Origin: an uncultured Bacilli bacterium
Lineage (GTDB): Bacteria > Bacillota_I > Bacilli_A > RF39 > UBA660
Assembly (NCBI GenBank): GCA_944371315.1
Contig: CALVXN010000001.1
Coordinates: 2,838-66,837, forward strand
Direction of reading: 5' to 3'
DNA length: 64,000 nucleotides
Of the stretch, positions 29,331 through 39,753 are shown one piece after another. Position 1 is the stretch's first letter. Each line of letters begins with the position of its first letter. The notes below the pieces were generated by a model. It was given only the letters and a program-made list of their open reading frames with translations, searched no databases and was not told where the DNA came from. Made by a program: the position numbers and the translations under genes.

Positions 29331-30047
29331 TTAATTCATTAAGCTTTCTAAAAAAGCAGAAACATTATCTATTTCATATACTGCAAATTGAGATACACCT
29401 CGATAATTTTTAACAATTAATAATTGATTTACATTAAAATCTTTAAAAGTCAAGGTATAAGTTTCATCTTCTATTGCACAAATTACTTCAATACTAGTTT
29501 GACTTTCATAATTATCATCAATAACAGGATTATTAATTCTTGTAGATTCATATACTTTTAATATTAAATCATTCATTTTATTAGATTCAATATCACCTTT
29601 TACATATTTACTTATTGTATTATATTCATACACCCACATATCGCTTAATATGTAATCATCACTACAATAATTATCATAAGCATATTTTATATTTATGGTT
29701 CTATAATAATCATTATCTAAAATATTATAATTTAAAATTGTTATATCATTACTTTCATCATAATAATATTTTCCATAACAAAATTCTAAATCATTTAAAT
29801 AATCTTCTTTATATTTTTCTAAATATTTAGCATTCAAAGGAGATATAAAATTAGCATTTAAATCTGAGCTTAATTTAGTAAAATACATAAATCTACTAAT
29901 TGGAATGCCTTCCCCTTTCATATCTACTTCGCTATAAGCTTCATAAATAAAAGTTTTATTTATTAAAATCACAAATGCCACTGCCATAAATACAAAAATA
30001 AAGGCAATTTTAATTAAATTAAATATCAATTTCATTTTATTCCTCAA
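29331..30047 (-). CDS. Membrane-anchored hypothetical protein, 238 aa
   Basis: N-terminal TM helix (IAFIFVFMAVAFVILI); Tyr/Asn/Asp-rich ectodomain; 11-nt overlap with the tex stop. Confidence 0.45.
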   Translation of the reverse strand: MRNKMKLIFNLIKIAFIFVFMAVAFVILINKTFIYEAYSEVDMKGEGIPISRFMYFTKLSSDLNANFISPLNAKYLEKYKEDYLNDLEFCYGKYYYDESNDITILNYNILDNDYYRTINIKYAYDNYCSDDYILSDMWVYEYNTISKYVKGDIESNKMNDLILKVYESTRINNPVIDDNYESQTSIEVICAIEDETYTLTFKDFNVNQLLIVKNYRGVSQFAVYEIDNVSAFLESLMN

Positions 30048-32178
30048 TTAAAGATAAATTTACTCTACCTTTTTCTTTTTCGATTCCACAAATATTAACT
30101 TTTATAATATCCCCAACTTTTAATATTTCACTTGGATGTTTTACAAAATTTTTGCTCATTTTAGAAATATGTATTAAAGCATCATCATGTAATCCAATAT
30201 CAACAAAAGCCCCAAAAGCAGTAACATTTCTAACTGTTCCTTCTAAAGACATACCTAATTCTAAATCATCAATAGTTAAAATGTCACTTCTTAACTCCAT
30301 TTGCTTAATTTCATCACGTGGATCAATTACACCATTAACCAAATTGTTTTTAAACATTTCCCATTTTTCACTAGATAAATTATAATTTTCTAAAATACTT
30401 TTACTATTTAAATTATCAAGCATATTTTTCATATTATCTGTTCCAACTAAATTAACATCTATATTATTATCACTTAGTATTTTATTAACAATATTATAAT
30501 CTTCGGGATGAATATTAGTTTTATCTAAAGGATTATCACCATTAAATATTCTAAGAAACCCAGCAGATTGTTCAAATGCCTTATCATTTCCTTCAACACT
30601 TTTTAATTCTTCCCTAGATTTAATAATTCCTTTTTTCTTACGATAATCAAGAATCTTTTTAATAATACTTTTGTTTAACCCAGAAATATAACTTAAAATA
30701 CTTTCACTAGCATTATTTAAATTGACACCGACTTTATTTACTACTTTACTAACAACAAAACCTAATTCTTCATCAAGTTCTTTTTGTTTTAAATCATGTT
30801 GATATAAACCTACACCAATACTTTTAGGATCTATTTTAACCAACTCTGATAATGCATCTTGTAATCTTCTTCCTATACTTACCGCACTTCTTTGTTCAAC
30901 AGAATAATCAGGAAATTCTTTTTTTGCCAAAGGTGAAGCAGAATACACACTAGCTCCAGCTTCACTAACAATTATATATTTAACATCTAAATTATATTTT
31001 TTAATCAAATTAGCAACAAAAGCTTCACTTTCTCGAGATGCAGTTCCATTACCAATAGCAATAATTTTTACATTATGTTTTTGAATTAAAGCAAGCATAA
31101 TTTTTTCAGCCATATCTACTTCTTTTTTAGGTTCATGAGGATAAATTACTCCAATTTCTAACACATCCCCACTACTTGATAAAACCGCAAGCTTACATCC
31201 AGTTCTAAACGCTGGATCAAATCCCATTACCACTTGACCTTTAATCGGAGGAGTTAATAATAAATTTTCTAAATTATTTCCAAACTCTTTTATACCAAAT
31301 TCACTAGCATTATCAAATAATTCTGCTTTAATATCACGTTCTAAACTAGGTTCTAAAAGTCTTTTCCATGCATCATTAATAAATTCTTGCATATCAGCTA
31401 TTAATGGACTCTTTTTATTCCCTATTACTTCATTATTTAGATATTCTATCACTTTTTTACTATCAACACTTAAACTATATGTAATAACTTTTTCTTTTTC
31501 TGCCCTTGACAATGCTAATACTTGATGAGGTTTAATATGAGTTATTTTTTGTTCAAAATCATAATATATTTCATATATTTTATTTTCATCAACAGCATTC
31601 TTTTTTAATTTTCCTTTAACAATACCATTATACCAATAATAATTTCTAATATATTTTCTATATTTTGGTCTATCACTTATCCAATCAGCAATAATATAAC
31701 CAGCATTAGTAATAGCATCATCTATAGTTTTTACTTGTTCATTTAAAAAGTCTTTTGCTATTTCATCACGACTTTTATTAGGTAAAGTCATAATAATTTT
31801 AGCTAGTGGTTCAAGACCTAATTTAATTGCTTCTGTTCCTTTAGTTTTTCTCTTTTCCTTATATGGAGTATAAATATCTTCAACTTCACTTAACTTTTCT
31901 GCATCATCTATAGCTTTAATTATTTCAGGAGTAAGCATTCCTTTTTCATCAATTAATCTTTTTACATCATCTTTACGAGTTTTAAGATTAACAGCATAAT
32001 TATATTCTGTTTCAATTAATCTTAATTCTTCTTCGTTTAAGTTACCAGTAAGTTCTTTTCTATATCTAGCAATAAAAGGAATAGTTGCTCCTTCATTTAA
32101 TAAATTAATTACATTTTTAATTTGATATTCTTTTAAATTTATTTTATTACTAACTTTATTAATTACTTCTTCGTTCAT
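30037..32178 (-). CDS. tex: Tex transcription accessory protein (YqgF/HhH/S1 domains)
   Basis: 713 aa; N-terminal LKEYQIKNVINLLNEGATIPFIARYRKE, C-terminal S1 domain GTVRNVTAFGAFVDIG. Confidence 0.8.
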   Translation of the reverse strand: MNEEVINKVSNKINLKEYQIKNVINLLNEGATIPFIARYRKELTGNLNEEELRLIETEYNYAVNLKTRKDDVKRLIDEKGMLTPEIIKAIDDAEKLSEVEDIYTPYKEKRKTKGTEAIKLGLEPLAKIIMTLPNKSRDEIAKDFLNEQVKTIDDAITNAGYIIADWISDRPKYRKYIRNYYWYNGIVKGKLKKNAVDENKIYEIYYDFEQKITHIKPHQVLALSRAEKEKVITYSLSVDSKKVIEYLNNEVIGNKKSPLIADMQEFINDAWKRLLEPSLERDIKAELFDNASEFGIKEFGNNLENLLLTPPIKGQVVMGFDPAFRTGCKLAVLSSSGDVLEIGVIYPHEPKKEVDMAEKIMLALIQKHNVKIIAIGNGTASRESEAFVANLIKKYNLDVKYIIVSEAGASVYSASPLAKKEFPDYSVEQRSAVSIGRRLQDALSELVKIDPKSIGVGLYQHDLKQKELDEELGFVVSKVVNKVGVNLNNASESILSYISGLNKSIIKKILDYRKKKGIIKSREELKSVEGNDKAFEQSAGFLRIFNGDNPLDKTNIHPEDYNIVNKILSDNNIDVNLVGTDNMKNMLDNLNSKSILENYNLSSEKWEMFKNNLVNGVIDPRDEIKQMELRSDILTIDDLELGMSLEGTVRNVTAFGAFVDIGLHDDALIHISKMSKNFVKHPSEILKVGDIIKVNICGIEKEKGRVNLSLIEE

Positions 32179-32247
32179 TTTTAACCTCTATTTAATTATA
32201 AGAGATTTTCCCACTTAAAACAAGTATTATAAAAAGTAACCTCATAG

Positions 32248-33246
32248 TTACTTTCTAGTTTTTAAATCATCCAATAAATTATTAAAAAAATTATAATTTA
32301 TACTAAAAACATTTATATAATATCTTTTTATATTTGGTGGTATTTCACAATTTATTTGTTCTTCAATTAATTTAAAAATTTTATTAATATTTTCTTCTCC
32401 TATAACCCATAAATAATTAGGCAAAATATCACTAAATTCACTACTACTTACACTCAAAAATTCTTGAATCATTTTATCATTTTCTGATATGCTATTACCC
32501 TCCAAAGATAAACCATAATATACAAATTTTGGATCATCTTCTAAACTTCTTGAGTTATCAAAAATTGGTTGTAAATCAACATCTCCATTTTCATATATTA
32601 CTACACCCCAATTTTCTTCATGGCGATCTTCCTGACCTGTAACTAAGTCAAATATAAATAATTTCACAATTTTCATCATTAACTTTGCTACTATTTCTTG
32701 CATATTAGGATAATCTTTAAAATAAACTTCTAAACAATGCCAAATACCTCTTAAATTATTATATTTATATGCATCAACCATTTTATCAACAGAATTGATT
32801 ATCTCTTCTCCACTAATATATTTTGCATTCTTTACTTTATAATCTTTTGATAAATTACCAGTAAAACCACCAATCATAGCTAAATCATAAAATACAGAAT
32901 CAAGCCCCATATCTTTTGCAATATAATAACAAATTAATTCATTTAAAGGATTAGATAACGAATCAAATTTAAAATAATAAGTTAATCCATTATATTCAAA
33001 ACTAAATACAAATTGGTCAATAGAATTTTCAAAAATATCACTTTGTCCGGAATAAAAATTTACCTTTTTAACGCTTGAATCATTTTCTTTTAAATAAGCT
33101 ATAACTTCATCATGTTTACTGCAAAACTTCACAACTTTAACACTTGAATTATTTTCTTTTAAATAAGCTAAAAATTCATCAATATCATCGCTTTTCTTTA
33201 CATTTAAAATACTTGTTAAATCTAAATATCCATTTATTCTTTCCAT
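32248..33246 (-). CDS. HipA-like / PI3-PI4-kinase-fold putative protein kinase, 332 aa, with an internal 22-aa tandem repeat near the N-terminus
   Basis: Catalytic-loop-like GQEDRHEENWG (DxHxxN) followed by PIFDNSRS; N-terminal repeat DEFLAYLKENNSSVKVVKFCSK / DEVIAYLKENDSSVKKVNFYS encoded by a 66-bp tandem DNA duplication (about 33070-33200). Confidence 0.5.
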   Translation of the reverse strand: MERINGYLDLTSILNVKKSDDIDEFLAYLKENNSSVKVVKFCSKHDEVIAYLKENDSSVKKVNFYSGQSDIFENSIDQFVFSFEYNGLTYYFKFDSLSNPLNELICYYIAKDMGLDSVFYDLAMIGGFTGNLSKDYKVKNAKYISGEEIINSVDKMVDAYKYNNLRGIWHCLEVYFKDYPNMQEIVAKLMMKIVKLFIFDLVTGQEDRHEENWGVVIYENGDVDLQPIFDNSRSLEDDPKFVYYGLSLEGNSISENDKMIQEFLSVSSSEFSDILPNYLWVIGEENINKIFKLIEEQINCEIPPNIKRYYINVFSINYNFFNNLLDDLKTRK

Positions 33247-33266
33247 AATTATACCTCTAACATATA

Positions 33267-34448
33267 CTATTTATAATATTTTATCTTAAATTTAGTTCCT
33301 TTATCAAGTTTAGAACTAACAATAATTTTTCCATTATCTTTTAAAATAATTTCTTTTGCTAAAGCTAAACCTATACCAAAGCTATTATTAGAACTATTTT
33401 TTCCTTTATAAAATCTTTCAAATATATGATTTACTTCACTAGAAGCTATACCCAATCCTTCATCAATAATTTCAATCTGTGTATAAAAGTTATTTTCCTT
33501 AAATTCAATATAAATACTTTTATTATCAGGAATATAATCAATACAATTTTTAATTATATTGGATAATGCTTCAAACTCCCATTGATAATCTCCAATAAAA
33601 GAAACATTATTTTTTCCATTTACATGAATATTAATATTTTTTAAATCAATTAAAGGATCAACATATTTTAATACCTCAAAAATAATATTTTTAACATTAA
33701 TATTTTCTTTTTTAAAAACAACTACATTTGCATCAAACTTAGATAGTTTTAATAATTGAATTATTAAATAATTTATATTTTTAACTTGAAATTTTATATC
33801 TTCTAAAAATTCTTTTTGAATTTCAGGAGAAACATTATTATCACATAAATTATCTACCAGCAAAGATATAGAAGTTAAAGGAGTTTTTAATTGATGAGAA
33901 ATATTAGTTAAAGAATCCTTAACACTTAATTTTTCTTTTAATTCATTTTCTGCTTTTTCTTTTAACATAACCGTTGTAGTATATATTTCATTTTTCAAAA
34001 TACTATACATACTTTCTTTATTATTTGTTAATTTTAAGTCATAATTTCCTCTATTGATATCTTTAATATATTCAACAATTTCATCTAGTTCTTTTTTCTC
34101 TTTTTTTCTATTAAATAGTATTACTATAAAAAATATTAAAGAAATTATACCAATAAATATTGAATTTAAAAATAAAGAATGTATAAAACTATTTTTAAAT
34201 GAATACAATACACTAATATCACTTTTACTAATTCCATAATTATTTAATAATGTATTATCGTATTCACTTAAATTAATTAATTTTATAATTTTACTTTCAT
34301 CATAATCCGGATAATCTTTTTTTATTTCATAAATAACAGTATTAACAAAACCATTAACCAAATTACTATATTTAGCATAATCAAAATAAGTAATAATACC
34401 AACTGAAAATAGTAATACAACATAATTAATAATAATTATTTTTTTCAT
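33267..34448 (-). CDS. Sensor histidine kinase with 2 TM helices and an extracytoplasmic loop of about 70 aa
   Basis: HisKA H-box SLTNISHQLKTPLTSI; HATPase N/G boxes (NIIKNCIDY, GLGIASS, GIGLALAKEI). Confidence 0.75.
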   Translation of the reverse strand: MKKIIIINYVVLLFSVGIITYFDYAKYSNLVNGFVNTVIYEIKKDYPDYDESKIIKLINLSEYDNTLLNNYGISKSDISVLYSFKNSFIHSLFLNSIFIGIISLIFFIVILFNRKKEKKELDEIVEYIKDINRGNYDLKLTNNKESMYSILKNEIYTTTVMLKEKAENELKEKLSVKDSLTNISHQLKTPLTSISLLVDNLCDNNVSPEIQKEFLEDIKFQVKNINYLIIQLLKLSKFDANVVVFKKENINVKNIIFEVLKYVDPLIDLKNINIHVNGKNNVSFIGDYQWEFEALSNIIKNCIDYIPDNKSIYIEFKENNFYTQIEIIDEGLGIASSEVNHIFERFYKGKNSSNNSFGIGLALAKEIILKDNGKIIVSSKLDKGTKFKIKYYK

Positions 34449-35092
34449 TTATCCACCCTATAACCGATACCTTTTATTGTTTTAATAATTGAATCATTAT
34501 TTAATTTTTCTCTAATTCTTTTTATATAAACACTTAAAGTATTATCATTAACTATTTTACCAGTAATATCCCAAATTCTATCAATTAATATATCTCTTGT
34601 AATAACTCTATTAAAATTTTGAAATAACAAAATTAATATTTTATATTCTAAACTTGTAAAATAAACTTCATTATTATTAACAAAAACTTGACTAGAATCC
34701 AAATTTATAATTATATTATCTTTTTGAATAATATTTTTTTCTTCTTTTTTTCTTATAATTTTATTTATTCTTGATACTAACTCTTTAGCTCTAAAAGGCT
34801 TGATAATATATTCATCAACACCAGAATCAATAGCATCAACAACAATATCTTCATCATCTTTTGCAGTTAATATAATTGTGTGTTTATTTTTTAAATGTGT
34901 TTTATAAAATACCAACCCATCACCATCAGGTAGCATCAAATCCAAAATAACTACATCAATATCACTAGATAAATAATTTAAAGAATCACTCAAATTATTT
35001 GATACTACCACATCAAAATTATTTTGTTTAAGTAAATAAACTATAGCTTTAACAATCATATAATTATCTTCTATTAATAATATTTTATTCAT
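34445..35092 (-). CDS. OmpR-family response regulator; start taken at the ATG at 35092 with RBS AAGGGG
   Basis: Receiver domain (KILLIEDN...DVVILDLMLPDGDG) plus winged-helix C-terminus; track ORF extends to 35152 through a non-RBS region. Confidence 0.75.
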   Translation of the reverse strand: MNKILLIEDNYMIVKAIVYLLKQNNFDVVVSNNLSDSLNYLSSDIDVVILDLMLPDGDGLVFYKTHLKNKHTIILTAKDDEDIVVDAIDSGVDEYIIKPFRAKELVSRINKIIRKKEEKNIIQKDNIIINLDSSQVFVNNNEVYFTSLEYKILILLFQNFNRVITRDILIDRIWDITGKIVNDNTLSVYIKRIREKLNNDSIIKTIKGIGYRVDK

Positions 35093-35138
35093 AACACATC
35101 CCCTTAAATTATAACAAAAAATCATCCAAAGATGATTT

Positions 35139-37739
35139 TTAAATGTTATCATTTCTTATTGTTTCAATAATATTTTGTTTATTAATTTTTTTAACAGACA
35201 CATGCATTATTATAAATATAAGTAAGAATACAACAACAATAGAAATTATTATTGCTTGAATTGGTAACATAAAACCTAAGTCATTTCCCACTTGAAAACC
35301 TTTATAAATTGCATATGAGCCCAAAATACCTAAAGGAATACCAATAAGTAAAGATTTTGTTCCATAAAATATACTTTCTAAACGAATTAAACGATTAAAC
35401 TCGCGCTTTGTCATACCAATAGATTTTAACATTGCAAATTCTTTACTTCTTAAATTCATATTAGTAGTTATTGTATTAAATATATTAGTTATACCTATTA
35501 AACTAATAACTATTATAAAACCATATAAGAAGATTGCTACAAGTAGTAATATAGATTTTTGAGCATTTACCTCTTTTTCAACATTAAATAAATAATAATC
35601 ATAATCGATATTTTTTAAGTAGTCATTAATATCACTTTCTAACTTAGTAGCATTACTACTATTTATATAAAGTCCATCATAATCATAATCTAATTTATCC
35701 ATTAAAGAATCAGGTATAATTAAATATCCGCTAGAATTATAATTACTTTCTAATCCCATTGGCCTTATATCAGTTCTATTTGCAATTTTAATTTGATAAT
35801 TATTACCATTTTCAAATTTACCAGTTACAACATCCCCCAAAGATAAATTATAAATGTTAAAGTGTTCATACCGATCATTTCTATAATAAATAAAATCATC
35901 AATTAATATACCACAATCTTTATAATCATCAATATTACCATCGATAGCTTCAACATACCTTTTATATTCGGCATCTCCTAAAGCAACAATTTGCAAGTAT
36001 GATTTTGCATCGTCTGTGTAATTTTCTTTTTCTTCACCATAATAATTAAAAAATCCTTTATCAGACATATATTTTTTCATATCAACTTCTAATAAAATAC
36101 TACGATGTAGCGAATACTTGTCGATTGTGCCAAGTGATAAAATATTGTCATATGCTGCTTTAATTTCATCATTAGAAATTTTATCTGCCTCAGTTGCTTT
36201 AGGATAAATAGATAATTGTATGTTATATTTAATATCTTTATAATATTGGCCTGCTAGACCAAAACCATAATTTAAAAGTGATGATAAAGATATAAAAACA
36301 GAAACGCTAACTACTAATGATATTACAGTAGTTCTATATTTTTTTCGACTCCGTTTTAAATTTTTATAAGCAATTTCACCACCAACACCAAAAAGCTTAC
36401 TAATTATTTTAGGAGTTTTTAATTTTTTAGCATTAATTTTTATTTCATTATTATTTCTAATTGCCTCAATTGGAGAAATTTTACTAGATTTACGAGCAGC
36501 ACTAATAACAGATAAGTAAATAGTTATTACTCCTAATAATATACTTAAACAAATTGGTAAAATAGGAATACTAAAAATAAATTTTGTATCATTAATGAAT
36601 TCTGGTATTAAAAGATTAACAATATTACATAAAATAAAATCCGCAAATATTCCAGATAATATACCAATAGGAATACCTATTAATCCAAGAATAGATCCTT
36701 CATACAAAACATTTTTCTTAATTTGTTTACTTGTAGCCCCAACACTTGCAAGCATACCATATTGTTTAGTTTTTTCAGTTATAGATATATTAAAACTATT
36801 TCGAATTACAAAAACACTAGTTAAAATAATTATACTTACCACAACACTAGCAACAGTATATATCATATCTTGATTAGAATCACTTAAACCCACTCCTTGC
36901 CAACGGAGTAAGTCACTATTTAAATTATAACTATAATCCTTTAATTCACTACTATTTATTAAATTATTTAAAAAATCTTTATAATATCCAGGATCTTTAA
37001 ATAATAATGAAACATCATATGTATCACTAGTTAATGTATCAGCATATGTAATTACAGTATAACCAGGTGCATTGTATGGTTCAAAGTTATAATCTAACCT
37101 TTCCATGATACCTACTACAGTATATTCTTTAGAATACTTATACTCTAATTTTTCATTACATTCATCAACTTCATTATATCCTTCTTCGTAAACAAAAGTT
37201 GGATTTTTTTGATTTAATGTAGAACCATCACTACATATACGATTACTAATATCTAAAGTTATTCTATCACCAATATTTATTTCAACTTCTGCATTATCTA
37301 TAACACTTTTAGAAATAATTATTTCAGAAGAATTTTGAGGTAACCTACCATCTTCTAAATTTATCGAAGTATTTTTAAAAGCTTCTTTTGTATAACCTAA
37401 AACATATAAATATGGTTTATAAGGATTTTGACTTCCATTTAAAGGAGCATACCCCAAATTTTCTATTAAATACATAAGCTCAACATGACGATTATTTTCA
37501 AAATATTTTAAATCTTTTTTTAAAACTGATTCTATTGTTATATGTCTATTTCCAGAATTTTCTTTAGCATTTTCAATTAATGTGGCTTGCAAACTACTAA
37601 CCATACCAGCAACAGCACAAATTAATGCAGTAGATAATATAATACCAATTATTGTTACAATTGTTCTTTTTTTATTTAATTTTAAATTTTTTAAAGTAAG
37701 TTTATTTAATATATTCATATTATTACTTCCGAACATCAC
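35139..37739 (-). CDS. ABC transporter permease of the FtsX family, 866 aa, duplicated FtsX modules with large extracytoplasmic domains (BceB/MacB-like)
   Basis: Multiple FtsX-type 3-4 TM clusters separated by large soluble loops; overlaps the upstream ATPase gene. Confidence 0.65.
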   Translation of the reverse strand: MMFGSNNMNILNKLTLKNLKLNKKRTIVTIIGIILSTALICAVAGMVSSLQATLIENAKENSGNRHITIESVLKKDLKYFENNRHVELMYLIENLGYAPLNGSQNPYKPYLYVLGYTKEAFKNTSINLEDGRLPQNSSEIIISKSVIDNAEVEINIGDRITLDISNRICSDGSTLNQKNPTFVYEEGYNEVDECNEKLEYKYSKEYTVVGIMERLDYNFEPYNAPGYTVITYADTLTSDTYDVSLLFKDPGYYKDFLNNLINSSELKDYSYNLNSDLLRWQGVGLSDSNQDMIYTVASVVVSIIILTSVFVIRNSFNISITEKTKQYGMLASVGATSKQIKKNVLYEGSILGLIGIPIGILSGIFADFILCNIVNLLIPEFINDTKFIFSIPILPICLSILLGVITIYLSVISAARKSSKISPIEAIRNNNEIKINAKKLKTPKIISKLFGVGGEIAYKNLKRSRKKYRTTVISLVVSVSVFISLSSLLNYGFGLAGQYYKDIKYNIQLSIYPKATEADKISNDEIKAAYDNILSLGTIDKYSLHRSILLEVDMKKYMSDKGFFNYYGEEKENYTDDAKSYLQIVALGDAEYKRYVEAIDGNIDDYKDCGILIDDFIYYRNDRYEHFNIYNLSLGDVVTGKFENGNNYQIKIANRTDIRPMGLESNYNSSGYLIIPDSLMDKLDYDYDGLYINSSNATKLESDINDYLKNIDYDYYLFNVEKEVNAQKSILLLVAIFLYGFIIVISLIGITNIFNTITTNMNLRSKEFAMLKSIGMTKREFNRLIRLESIFYGTKSLLIGIPLGILGSYAIYKGFQVGNDLGFMLPIQAIIISIVVVFLLIFIIMHVSVKKINKQNIIETIRNDNI

Positions 37740-38400
37740 TTATAATTTTACCATCTTCTATGGTAATTATTCTATTTGCTTCATTTGCAATTTCTAAATC
37801 ATGAGTAATAACAATAATTGTTTGATTATATTTTTGATTAGACTTTTTAAGCAAAGATATTATTTCATCACTAGCTTTTGAATCTAAATTGCCAGTTGGT
37901 TCATCCGCTAAAACTAAAGCAGGATTATTTATTATAGCTCTTCCAATAGACACTCTTTGTTGTTGTCCCCCAGATAGTTCATTAGGTAAATGATTTTTTC
38001 TATTTTCTAAACTTAAAGTTTTTAACAAATCATTTAAATGCTTTTCATCAACACTTTTATTATCTAATTTACATGGTAAAGTAATATTTTCTACAACATT
38101 TAAAATAGGTATTAAATTATAAAACTGATAAATTAAACCTACTTGTCTTCTTCTAAATATTGCAAGAGCATCATTATTCATAGCATAAATATCAACACCA
38201 TCTATAAATACTTTTCCACTAGTTGGTCGATCAACACCCCCTATTAAATGTAATAAAGTAGATTTACCAGAACCAGATGCTCCAACTATTGCAACAAATT
38301 CACCCTTAGAAACGCTAAAAGAAATATTATCAACAGCATTTATTTTAGTTTCCCCTTTTCCATAAACCTTGGATAATTTTTCTACTTTTAAAATTTCCAT
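37723..38400 (-). CDS. ABC transporter ATP-binding protein (BceA/MacB-type ATPase)
   Basis: Walker A GASGSGKST, Q-loop, signature LSGGQQQRV, Walker B LVLADEPTGNLD. Confidence 0.85.
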   Translation of the reverse strand: MEILKVEKLSKVYGKGETKINAVDNISFSVSKGEFVAIVGASGSGKSTLLHLIGGVDRPTSGKVFIDGVDIYAMNNDALAIFRRRQVGLIYQFYNLIPILNVVENITLPCKLDNKSVDEKHLNDLLKTLSLENRKNHLPNELSGGQQQRVSIGRAIINNPALVLADEPTGNLDSKASDEIISLLKKSNQKYNQTIIVITHDLEIANEANRIITIEDGKIISDVRK

Positions 38401-38456
38401 ATAATCATTCCTTTCAAAATAATTATATTTTTTTAAAGTGACTATTAAATGACTTT

Positions 38457-39188
38457 TTATAAAATACTTTCTTGATTATTATATCCAATATTTTCAATAA
38501 CCTTAATTAAACGATTATATTCATTGGTTAAAGAATCATTATCAAATATAATATAATTTCCATCATAAATCCAATGACTACTATTATCATTTAAAAATGA
38601 ATAATAATTAATGAAGCCATCAATTACATCAATTACATATTTTAAATCATTATCAATATCTTGTTGATAATCACTTAACCCAGTCATAATATTTTTATAA
38701 TAATCTATATAATATGAATCTAGTTTATATTCTTTTATTCTATTATTAATATTATCTTCATCAAACAACAGATAAAAACTATCCTTAAAATTTTGGGTTT
38801 TTAATTTTACATTTTCTAAATAATTTATATTATCGTTAATATATTTATAATTTTCATCAAAATATTCAAAATTTATTATTTTTAAAAATTTATCATCATT
38901 ATAAGTTTTATCAAAATCTCTTAAAACATCAATAACTTCTTTTAAATAATTCTTTACTACTTCTTCAACAATTTTATAATCTCCATTACTAACAGTTTCA
39001 TTTAATTTGATATCAATTAAATCATTATGAATATCACTATTAGTAAGTAAATTATCTATTTCATCAAACTCATTAGATAATTTTTTTTCATTCAAACTAT
39101 CTTGATAAATATAATAAATTGCCAAAGACATAAACCCCACAACCAATGCAATACCTACTCCAATTAATATTTTTTTTAAAGTTTTCAT
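38457..39188 (-). CDS. Membrane-anchored hypothetical protein, 243 aa
   Basis: N-terminal TM helix, Asn/Asp/Tyr-rich ectodomain; first ORF of the ABC/TCS gene string. Confidence 0.4.
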   Translation of the reverse strand: MKTLKKILIGVGIALVVGFMSLAIYYIYQDSLNEKKLSNEFDEIDNLLTNSDIHNDLIDIKLNETVSNGDYKIVEEVVKNYLKEVIDVLRDFDKTYNDDKFLKIINFEYFDENYKYINDNINYLENVKLKTQNFKDSFYLLFDEDNINNRIKEYKLDSYYIDYYKNIMTGLSDYQQDIDNDLKYVIDVIDGFINYYSFLNDNSSHWIYDGNYIIFDNDSLTNEYNRLIKVIENIGYNNQESIL

Positions 39189-39266
39189 TTAATCACCTAA
39201 TTAATTATACCAAATAATACCAGCTTATAAAACAAATAATTGATAATACTATTAAGGGAGGTAAAT

Positions 39267-39482
39267 ATGAAAAATATACCAGAAATGATATCTACAAAAG
39301 ATATTGCATACATTAAAGATATGTTTAATTGGAATTACATATTATTCAAAAAATATGATAATTACCTAGAAAATATAGAAGACGAAGAAATTTGTAAATT
39401 AACAAATGAATTGTCAAATTTGCATTTTAACAATTGCAATGAATTACTAAACTTATTAGAAGGAAGTGATAACTGTGAATGA
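39267..39482 (+). CDS. Small hypothetical protein, about 71 aa, possibly Coat-F-like; start at the ATG with RBS AAGGGAGG
   Basis: Strong RBS TTAAGGGAGGTAAAT-ATG; track ORF begins earlier at 39240. Confidence 0.45.
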   Translation: MKNIPEMISTKDIAYIKDMFNWNYILFKKYDNYLENIEDEEICKLTNELSNLHFNNCNELLNLLEGSDNCE

Positions 39483-39753
39483 TAAAGAATATATAATGGA
39501 TATATTAGAATCTGAAAAAAATTTATCAGTTAATATGACATACGCATTAAATGAAGCAAGTTGCGACAAATTATATAAATCTTATTTAAAGATGTTTGAA
39601 AATATAAATAAAAAAGTTAAAGAAATATTTGATTTATCATATAAATTAGATTTTTACAAATTAGAAAAAGAAGAAGGGAAAAAAATAAAGTCTACAATTA
39701 AGACTTTAACTCAAGACTTGAATTCTTCTTCATCAGATGAATCAACAAAATAA
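39475..39753 (+). CDS. Coat F domain-like small protein; GTG start at 39475 assumed (track ORF from GTG at 39466)
   Basis: MDILESEKNLSVNMTYALNEASCDKL...Y pattern matches the Coat_F family signature; overlaps the upstream small ORF. Confidence 0.45.
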   Translation: MNDKEYIMDILESEKNLSVNMTYALNEASCDKLYKSYLKMFENINKKVKEIFDLSYKLDFYKLEKEEGKKIKSTIKTLTQDLNSSSSDESTK

